Of a DNA stretch of 27,367 nucleotides, positions 1 through 6,031 are shown piece after piece. This DNA comes from an uncultured Clostridia bacterium (GTDB lineage: Bacteria; Bacillota; Clostridia; Peptostreptococcales; Anaerovoracaceae). Below the pieces are notes generated by a model. That model had not been told where the DNA came from. It saw only the letters and a program-made list of their open reading frames with translations, and did not search any database. The position numbers and the translations under genes are program-made. Position 1 is the stretch's first letter. Each line of letters opens with the position of its first letter. Where the stretch lies: assembly GCA_946402595.1 (NCBI GenBank), contig CAMIWY010000001.1, positions 1 through 27,367 on the forward strand, written 5' to 3'.

Positions 1-2
1 TA

Positions 3-518
3 GGAAGAGCTTTGCCTGTGGAATGCTTCCCGGGAGACAATCTGGCGCTGCACCAGGGTATGGAAGCTGCAAATGCAGGTGATGTGCTTGTATTCGACAT
101 CAAAGGCTTCACGGAAGCGGGCCATTTCGGAGATATGATGGCTACAGCTTGCAAAGTGAAGGGGATCGCAGGTGTAGTGATCGACGGCAGCTGCCGCGAC
201 TCAGAGGATATCAGAGAACTTGGGCTTCCGGTGTTCGTAAAGGCGTTTAATCCGCGCGGAACAGTTAAGGAAAGCCTGGGAAGAGTGAACGTGCCGGTCG
301 TATGCGGCGGAGTGACAGTCAAACCGGGAGATATCATCTACGGAGACTGTGACGGAGTAGTCGTAATACCTCGGGAGAATGAAGATGAGGTATTTGCAAA
401 GGCACTTAAGAAATATGATTATGAGACCGAGGTGCGCGGAAAACTCCTTAGCGGCATGAGCACTATGAAAGTGTATGGATTTGACAAGCTTGTAGAGAAG
501 AGGCTTTCAGACAGATAG
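3..518 (+). CDS. RraA family / 4-hydroxy-4-methyl-2-oxoglutarate aldolase-like protein, 5'-truncated by the window edge
   Basis: Frame is open from base 3 (GRALPVECFPGDNLALH...), so the true start lies upstream of the window. GDVLV.D, G.FGDMMA, G.VIDGSCRD and V.PGDII.GD.DGVVVIP motifs are typical of the RraA/HMG aldolase fold. Confidence 0.85.
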   Translation, partial: GRALPVECFPGDNLALHQGMEAANAGDVLVFDIKGFTEAGHFGDMMATACKVKGIAGVVIDGSCRDSEDIRELGLPVFVKAFNPRGTVKESLGRVNVPVVCGGVTVKPGDIIYGDCDGVVVIPRENEDEVFAKALKKYDYETEVRGKLLSGMSTMKVYGFDKLVEKRLSDR

Positions 519-575
519 ATCAAAAAACTAACCATTCTAAGAGAGACTGAAACTAAAGATAGAAAGGAATAGGCC

Positions 576-1250
576 ATGAAACCTGAACTCACATTACCTA
601 AAGAAGTTATTGAAGCATTCAGCAAACTCGATACACCGAGCATCTCAGATGCAATGGACAAACTGAGGATCACGGGAGGATGCCTTGGCATCCATCCTGT
701 TGTTCCTGATACATATATCTGCGGGCAGGCATTTACCATCCACTATGCACCTTGCGGCGAAGAGGTAAAGGGTACTGTAGGAGACTTCATCGATGACATC
801 ATGCCTGGCGAGGTAGCTGTGATCGACAACAACGGAAGGCTGGACTGCACGGTATGGGGCGACATCATGAGCTATTATGCAACAAAGCACGGGATCGCCG
901 GAACGGTTATCGATGGCGTTTGCAGAGACATCAACGTGATTAGAAAGCTCAAATATCCTATCTTCAGCAAAAGCACATATATGGTCACGGGCAAAGACAG
1001 GGTCTACGTAGACCACATCAATGAGCCTGTAAGCATAAGTGGTGTGCAGGTATGCCCGGGAGATCTGATCTGCGCAGACAACACAGGCGTTGTGGTGGTA
1101 CCGTTTAAAAGAGCAGAAGAAGTACTCAAAGTTGCGCATGAGATCGAAGCCGTTGAGCAGGTCATCATGGCCAAGATAGAAGAGGGCATGACACTCAAAG
1201 AAGCCAGACAGCAGACCGGATACCACAAACTGCAGACACCTGAGGACTGA
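576..1250 (+). CDS. RraA family / HMG aldolase-like protein (second paralogue)
   Basis: RBS GAAAGGA upstream. D..SISDAMD, VWGDIMS, G.VIDGVCRD and V.PGDLI.AD.TGVVVVP motifs. Confidence 0.88.
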   Translation: MKPELTLPKEVIEAFSKLDTPSISDAMDKLRITGGCLGIHPVVPDTYICGQAFTIHYAPCGEEVKGTVGDFIDDIMPGEVAVIDNNGRLDCTVWGDIMSYYATKHGIAGTVIDGVCRDINVIRKLKYPIFSKSTYMVTGKDRVYVDHINEPVSISGVQVCPGDLICADNTGVVVVPFKRAEEVLKVAHEIEAVEQVIMAKIEEGMTLKEARQQTGYHKLQTPED

Positions 1251-1268
1251 TTCATTCAAGAGATACAA

Positions 1269-2165
1269 ATGACTGACGATAGGAGTCAAAAAAAGAAATT
1301 ATCGATGCAGGCGGCGATTCTCCTGATGGCAGCAGTAGCTGTTGCCAGGGGGTCGTCGTTCATATTCTCCAAGCTGCTCCTTCAGACGCTGGAGCCGTTC
1401 AATCTGCTTGGGGTCAGATCGCTCACGGCATTCCTGATCCTATTTGCCGTGTTCGGTCGAAGGGTCATCGCGGCTGTAAAGGAAAACAGCAGGGTTCTGA
1501 AGGCGGGAGCCCTGCTTGGAGCCATGTTTTTTCTGATAATGACCCTTGAACTTAACGGCCTGAAGCACACGACTGCATCGACCGCATCCTTCATAGAGAA
1601 TTCCGCGGTAGTGCTGGTGCCGCTGTTTGAGGCCGTCATTCTATGGAGAAGACCTGACGGGGTGACCATCGTGTGCGCTGTGTTTTGCCTTGCTGGCGTT
1701 GGGTCGATCGCAATGGGGGATCTGAGCGGCAGGATCGGCATCGGAGAGCTAATGTGCATGATGGCTGCCCTGCTTTATACTGGGGCAATCATAGTTATGG
1801 ACAGAGAAGCAAAGAGGTGTGACGCGTTCACGGTAGGGATCCTTTACGTCGGCTTCATGGGCCTGTTCGGGATGATTGGATCGTTTGCAGCCGAGGCCCC
1901 GCACTTTCCGCAGACCCCATCTGAATGGGTATTGCTGCTGATGCTGGCCGTCATATGCTCGAGCTTCGGATTCGCCATGCAGCCGGTAGCGCAGAGGACT
2001 ATATCTTCTGAAACAGCAGGTGTTCTGACAGCACTCAATCCTCTCACTACAGCAGTGCTGGGAACCGTTGTACTGACTGAGCCGTTCGGAATAAACAGCA
2101 TCATCGGCGCCATACTGATATTAGCAGGAGTTGTAATACATAACACACAAAAAAAGGATCTCTAG
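1269..2165 (+). CDS. DMT/EamA family transporter
   Basis: 298 aa, about 10 hydrophobic segments in two repeats; ends with the EamA-type 'LG...L.EP.....IIGAILIL.GV' segment. Confidence 0.85.
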   Translation: MTDDRSQKKKLSMQAAILLMAAVAVARGSSFIFSKLLLQTLEPFNLLGVRSLTAFLILFAVFGRRVIAAVKENSRVLKAGALLGAMFFLIMTLELNGLKHTTASTASFIENSAVVLVPLFEAVILWRRPDGVTIVCAVFCLAGVGSIAMGDLSGRIGIGELMCMMAALLYTGAIIVMDREAKRCDAFTVGILYVGFMGLFGMIGSFAAEAPHFPQTPSEWVLLLMLAVICSSFGFAMQPVAQRTISSETAGVLTALNPLTTAVLGTVVLTEPFGINSIIGAILILAGVVIHNTQKKDL

Positions 2166-2238
2166 GATTCAATTAAGAATGATGTTTTCAGCCCTCCTGA
2201 TCATATGAGATGTGTTAATTGAATCAGACGTGCTGAGG

Positions 2239-2281
2239 GTCGTCAAACTGTCGTCAAACTGTCGTCAAAACTGTCGTCAAA
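2239..2281. repeat. Four tandem copies of GTCGTCAAA(CT), about 11-bp period
   Basis: Copies read directly at 2239, 2250, 2261 (one extra A) and 2273; on the minus strand TTTGACGACAG repeated. Confidence 0.95.
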
Positions 2282-2283
2282 TC

Positions 2284-2330
2284 AAAAACCGAAGTCCTGA
2301 AACGTAGTAATTGCAAGGGCTTCGGCTTTT
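2284..2330 (-). terminator. Long hairpin downstream of the tRNA; probable (possibly bidirectional) intrinsic terminator
   Basis: CCGAAGTCCT (2289-2298) pairs with AGGGCTTCGG (2316-2325) with one mismatch/wobble, 17-nt loop, A/T tracts on both sides. Confidence 0.6.
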
Positions 2331-2338
2331 ACTTTTGC

Positions 2339-2414
2339 TGGTGCGCGCGGCGGGGATCGAACCCGCGGCCTTCTCATTCGGAGTGAGACACTCTATCCAC
2401 TGAGCTACGCGCGC
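2339..2414 (-). tRNA. tRNA-Arg(CCG)
   Basis: Reverse complement folds as a 76-nt cloverleaf: GCGCGCG acceptor stem, GCTC/GAGT D arm, TCTCA-CT CCG AA-TGAGA anticodon arm, GCGGG-TTCGATC-CCCGC T arm, encoded CCA. Confidence 0.97.
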
Positions 2415-2455
2415 ATGACGCAGGATTGGATCAGCAATCCTGCTTTTTAAGTTGT

Positions 2456-3454
2456 TTATTTATATTCCTGTTTTCTAGGTCTTCCCATCAGTGTCTCCAG
2501 GGCATCCTCAACTCTGATGTTGCCCTGGATGACATTGTAGATGGCCTCGGTGATAGGCATCTCTACGCCGGCTCTCTTGGAGAGCTCGTAAGCTGCCTCT
2601 GCAGTGAACATTCCCTCAACTACCATGCCGATGGACTTGCGTGCCTCCTCAGGATCCATACCCTGGCCGATGAGGCGTCCGCATCTGAAGTTGCGGGAGT
2701 GCATGCTGGTGCAGGTAACGATCATGTCGCCGACACCTGAGAGACCTGCGAAGGTCTCGAATTTTGCACCAAGTGCCATTCCGAGACGGGTCATCTCTGC
2801 GATGCCTCTTGTCATCATGGCTGCTCTTGTGTTGTCGCCGAATCCCATGCCGTCGATGATTCCTGAACCAACAGCCATTACGTTCTTGACTGAACCTGCG
2901 AGCTCCATGCCGAGCATGTCGTCGTTGGTGTAGATTCTGAATCTGTGTGTCGAGAAGAGATCGCTTATCGATCTTGCCGTGCGAGGGTCTCTGGAAGAAA
3001 CGGATACTGCTGTCGGTACGCCGATGCCGACTTCCTCAGCGTGAGACGGCCCGGAGATGCATGCGTATCTGTTCATGTCGAAGCCGACTTCCTCAGCGAC
3101 CTCGGACATTCTCATGAGGGTCTTCTGCTCGATACCCTTTGCGATGTTCATTGCGAGGGCGTCTTCCTTGATGAAAGGCATTGCGGACTTCAGCGCTGCT
3201 CTGAAGTGCTGTGCAGGAATCGAGAAAACGACGATGTCTGCGTCCTTCAGTGCTGCTTCGTTGTCTGTGTAGAAGTGATAATCACCTTCAAGCTTGACGC
3301 CCGGGAGATAGTCTGTGTTCTCCATTGCCGCTTCCATGCGGTCGAGGTGGGCCTTGTCGATATCGAAGATGTTGACTGTGCAGCCCTTGGCTGCAACGAT
3401 TGTTGAAAGTGCGGTGCCGAAGCTTCCGGCGCCTATGAATGTAACGGTGCTCAT
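2456..3454 (-). CDS. gpsA: NAD(P)H-dependent glycerol-3-phosphate dehydrogenase
   Basis: Start moved to ATG 3454 (MSTVTFIGAGSFGTAL, RBS AGGAGG). Rossmann GAGSFG, ISGPSHAEEV, KNVMAVGSG, GLSGVGDMIVTCTS.HSRN motifs. Confidence 0.95.
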   Translation of the reverse strand: MSTVTFIGAGSFGTALSTIVAAKGCTVNIFDIDKAHLDRMEAAMENTDYLPGVKLEGDYHFYTDNEAALKDADIVVFSIPAQHFRAALKSAMPFIKEDALAMNIAKGIEQKTLMRMSEVAEEVGFDMNRYACISGPSHAEEVGIGVPTAVSVSSRDPRTARSISDLFSTHRFRIYTNDDMLGMELAGSVKNVMAVGSGIIDGMGFGDNTRAAMMTRGIAEMTRLGMALGAKFETFAGLSGVGDMIVTCTSMHSRNFRCGRLIGQGMDPEEARKSIGMVVEGMFTAEAAYELSKRAGVEMPITEAIYNVIQGNIRVEDALETLMGRPRKQEYK

Positions 3455-3514
3455 AATCAGCCTCCTGATGAATTCATTTTGATGCGATAAGTCAGAGGAG
3501 TATTCCTGCTGGCA

Positions 3515-3551
3515 AAAGATGACAACGAGAACCGTCCCCAATGTCATCTTT
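3515..3551. repeat. ACCGTCCC-loop hairpin repeat, copy 1
   Basis: AAAGATGACA / TGTCATCTTT arms around a 17-nt spacer ACGAGAACCGTCCCCAA. Confidence 0.75.
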
Positions 3552-3554
3552 CGA

Positions 3555-3583
3555 ATTATACAGGGTTTTGGGAGGAGTGACAA
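3555..3583 (-). promoter_or_regulatory. sigma-A promoter for gpsA (and probably tRNA-Arg)
   Basis: Minus strand TTGTCA (3583-3578), 17 nt, TATAAT (3560-3555). Confidence 0.75.
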
Positions 3584-3606
3584 GTGTGAGGGCACTTTGA
3601 CAGGGT

Positions 3607-3639
3607 ATGTGTCAAAAAGGACCGTCCCTGTTGACACAT
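3607..3639. repeat. ACCGTCCC-loop hairpin repeat, copy 2
   Basis: ATGTGTCAA / TTGACACAT arms around AAAGGACCGTCCCTG; 23 nt identical to the copy at 21023. Confidence 0.8.
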
Positions 3640-3646
3640 CATGTCA

Positions 3647-3675
3647 TAGGCATGGGAAAGTATTTGTGCTAAAAT
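3647..3675 (+). promoter_or_regulatory. Candidate extended -10 promoter for the phosphatase gene
   Basis: TAGGCA (3647-3652), 17 nt, TAAAAT (3670-3675) preceded by TG-N (TGC). Confidence 0.45.
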
Positions 3676-3682
3676 GATTGCC

Positions 3683-4309
3683 ATGGAACAGATTTTATAC
3701 CTGATAAGACATGGACATACGTCGGGGACGAGGAGTGACCTCTTCTACGGCGCGACTGATCTGCCGATCACTGAAGACGGCTACATGGAAGTCGAATCGT
3801 TTGCTGCGGACGGGGTGTATCCGGATCCTGAGGGAGCTTCTGTATGGACTTCGGGCATGCTGAGGACGGAGCAGACTCTGAATGCGATGTACGGTGACAT
3901 AGAGCACAGTCATGAGCCTCTGCTGAAGGAGATAAACCTGGGCAAGTTCGAGATGAAGACCTACAGCGAGATCATGGAGGACGACTACGGCCGCGCCTGG
4001 CTCAGCGGTGAGCTTGAGACTCTGTCTTTCGAGGGCGGTGACAGCCACGAGAGCTTCAACAGGCGCGTGACTGAAGGCGTATGGAACATTCTCCGCGAGG
4101 CTGAAAAGGCGGGTAAAGACAAAGTCATCGCCGTACTTCATGGTGCGGTCATAACCTATCTGATGTACAACGCTTTTCCGGAACAGTACACGGACATGTG
4201 GATGTGGACTCCTAATCCGGGAACAGGGTACAAGGTGACCGTAAGAGAAGGCAGGCCTGTCTCCTGGACGACGGTCGGCGAGACGGGTGAGAGGGTCGTG
4301 CCGCTGTAG
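3683..4309 (+). CDS. Histidine phosphatase family protein (phosphoglycerate mutase/CobC-like)
   Basis: LIRHGHT catalytic motif, S...RT.QT, L.EINLG.FE, FEGG.S, and second His in VLHGAVI. Start is 3683 (preferred) or 3674. Confidence 0.88.
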   Translation: MEQILYLIRHGHTSGTRSDLFYGATDLPITEDGYMEVESFAADGVYPDPEGASVWTSGMLRTEQTLNAMYGDIEHSHEPLLKEINLGKFEMKTYSEIMEDDYGRAWLSGELETLSFEGGDSHESFNRRVTEGVWNILREAEKAGKDKVIAVLHGAVITYLMYNAFPEQYTDMWMWTPNPGTGYKVTVREGRPVSWTTVGETGERVVPL

Positions 4310-4362
4310 ATTCTTAGGGGATCTCATGAGATGGGCAAAACGACTGCAGGGTCAGGTTTCTG

Positions 4363-5055
4363 ATGATAGAACTTAACGACAACGCAATTGAATACATGCA
4401 GCGCCTCGGGTTCCGCGACCTCATACTCGGTGCGGAGAAGTTCACCACCTGATGCGATCCTCCGAGGATGGAGGTGTCGGTGAGTTTCACCGACGGGAGC
4501 AGGGAGCTGAATGAAGAAGGCGCAAAATACAGTCTGGATGAGACGTTACTTGGCAGAGCCTGGATTCCGCTCGAAGGCCTTATACTAACACCGCCGGTGA
4601 GGGTGAGATATGAAAAACACCCGTGGATCGAGGCTTTTGAGTTTGACGGGGTCAGGGCTGCTCCGGCAAAACGCAAGGGCATCGGGACCAAGGGCGCAAA
4701 AGGCTTCGTGAGGTCACTCAGCACGATCTATTCAGGTGCTTACGATGACTACCGCACATTCGGAGGAGATGAAAACTTCGACGCAGCCGGATACTTCAGA
4801 CATGCGGCAGAACATTTTGCCCGCATGGCAGAGGATGACGGCAGACGTAAGATGGCTGCAAAGTTCTGCGGCTTTGCTGAGAACATGTGGCGTGAGGGCG
4901 ACCGGGAGATGCTGGACATATGCATGGATGCTGTTATCCCCGTCCTTAAAGAAAATGTTTACATGAGAGCGGTCCTGGACGATACTATAACTGAAGAGTT
5001 CCGCAAATACCTAGAGGTAAACGGATCGGCAAACAATATACTGGAAGCAAATTAG
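4363..5055 (+). CDS. Putative selenoprotein, 230 aa: N-terminal U-C motif domain plus helical C-terminal domain
   Basis: ATG 4363 is in frame with the 4468 ORF: MIELNDNAIEYMQRLGFRDLILGAEKFTT-UGA(4450-4452)-CDPPRMEVSV... SECIS-like hairpin at 4476-4494. The coding status of 4468-5055 is firm; UGA readthrough is inferred. Confidence 0.6.
4476..4494 (+). promoter_or_regulatory. Candidate bacterial SECIS hairpin
   Basis: Perfect 8-bp stem GTCGGTGA/TCACCGAC with a GUU apical loop starting 31 nt after the in-frame UGA. Confidence 0.5.
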
Positions 5056-5069
5056 CAGGAGAGAGAATC

Positions 5070-5642
5070 ATGGCTTCGAAGAAGAACAAAAGAGAATTAA
5101 AGTTCACGCTCAATGACAATGACTATAAGGCCTTCGGCAAGTACCGCATACTGTACACTGAACAGGGACATAAGATGGTCAGAAGGCAGAGGCTGACATA
5201 TCTGTTCGGTGCAGCGATGATCGCCCTCCTGTTTACTGTATTCAAAGTGGAGCAGAGCAGCTTCAGGTACCTTATGTATATCATAGCAGGCGCTTTGGCT
5301 GTAGTGGGTATTTTCTTCGCGGAGGCCCTCGTGCTGAGACAGCAGGACAAAGCGATAGAGGCATCCGCCAACACCGCAGAGAGAGTCAACGCCGGTGAGA
5401 ACACGGTCAGGTTCGATGATGACACTTTCACCACATCCGGCAACGGGGATGATCAGGTGTTTAAATACAGTGACATCAAGCTGATCGATCTTACGGAAGA
5501 AGCCATATATGTATGGATGAGCGACACTATGATCATGCCGCTGCCGCTGCACGCCTTCAGAGGTATGGAAGAGATGAAGGAACTCTGCAAGTGGCTCAGG
5601 GCAAAAGTCGATGAGCAGAACGGAGAGGGCAAAGCTGAATAG
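5070..5642 (+). CDS. YcxB family membrane protein
   Basis: Two N-terminal TM helices, then a PH-like YcxB segment (..F.Y..IK.I..TEEAIYVW......PLP..AF). RBS GGAGAG. Confidence 0.75.
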   Translation: MASKKNKRELKFTLNDNDYKAFGKYRILYTEQGHKMVRRQRLTYLFGAAMIALLFTVFKVEQSSFRYLMYIIAGALAVVGIFFAEALVLRQQDKAIEASANTAERVNAGENTVRFDDDTFTTSGNGDDQVFKYSDIKLIDLTEEAIYVWMSDTMIMPLPLHAFRGMEEMKELCKWLRAKVDEQNGEGKAE

Positions 5643-5741
5643 CATGTGCCGCACCCGCAGCTTGTTTGTAAGATTTCACTAACAACGCTGGATGGCGGTG
5701 TTGTTCGTTGTGAAAAACAACAACAAAATCGCGAAAAGTTG

Positions 5742-5770
5742 TTGACATAACTCAACAAGGTTGCTATATT
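5742..5770 (+). promoter_or_regulatory. sigma-A promoter of the met leader-metNIQ operon
   Basis: TTGACA (5742-5747), 17 nt, TATATT (5765-5770); start site expected near 5777-5778. Confidence 0.85.
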
Positions 5771-5823
5771 ACACTCTAGACGGGAGATAATCCCACCTTA
5801 TTCTATGAAAGGAGCACATTCAC

Positions 5824-5892
5824 ATGACAGGAAGAAGCATGATGATGGAAATGGGAATGATGGGCATGTGCATGTGCAGAGCCGATGAATAG
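5824..5892 (+). CDS. Met-rich leader peptide MTGRSMMMEMGMMGMCMCRADE (22 aa; 9 Met, 2 Cys)
   Basis: Strong RBS AAAGGAG (5808-5814) 9 nt before ATG 5824; stop TAG 5890-5892; lies between the promoter and terminator upstream of metN. Confidence 0.85.
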   Translation: MTGRSMMMEMGMMGMCMCRADE

Positions 5893-5901
5893 CATAGGAT
5901 A

Positions 5902-5967
5902 AGGTCATAACGAAGCCGACACTATGAGTTTTCTCATGTATCATACCGGGGCAGGTCGTTAGGACCT
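5902..5967 (+). promoter_or_regulatory. Candidate antiterminator helix of the met attenuator
   Basis: Hand pairing: AGGTC 5902-06/GACCT 5963-67; TAACGA 5908-13/TCGTTA 5956-61; GCC 5915-17/GGC 5950-52; TATGA 5923-27/TCATA 5941-45. Overlaps and excludes the terminator. Confidence 0.65.
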
Positions 5968-5978
5968 GCCCCGGTTTT
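5945..5978 (+). terminator. Attenuator terminator upstream of metN
   Basis: Perfect 13-bp stem ACCGGGGCAGGTC/GACCTGCCCCGGT, GTTAG loop, short T tract (5975-5978). Confidence 0.85.
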
Positions 5979-6031
5979 CGTAAGATAATCATTTCACTGA
6001 TCAGTAGAAGGCAAAGGCAGAGGTAAAGAAA

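Noticed and set aside
2239-2281. CRISPR array
   Set aside because: The repeats are 11 bp and directly abutting with no spacers, and there are no cas genes.
1-2338. Calling the left end a mobile element outright
   Set aside because: No integrase, relaxase, phage gene or second att copy is visible and I could not compute a composition shift, so it is kept only as a hypothesis in the findings.
2426-2740. Plus-strand 104-aa ORF after the tRNA
   Set aside because: Antisense to gpsA, with no RBS or motif.
3455-3637. N-terminal extension of gpsA in the ORF track (also the extended starts at 7836 for metQ and 8833 for the exchanger)
   Set aside because: The extensions run through promoter/repeat DNA; downstream starts have good RBSs and match family N-termini.
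4321-4332. Perfect palindrome ATCTCATGAGAT upstream of the selenoprotein candidate
   Set aside because: Single 12-bp occurrence with no second copy in the window and no adjacent promoter recognised; could be chance.
5778-6031. SAM-I/SMK riboswitch or Met T-box in the metN leader
   Set aside because: I find no T-box GGTGGTACCGCG-type antiterminator motif or long Stem I, and no SAM-I ATC..GAG/GAT P1-P3 signature. The leader is instead explained by the uORF and hairpins. An Rfam scan is still needed for certainty.
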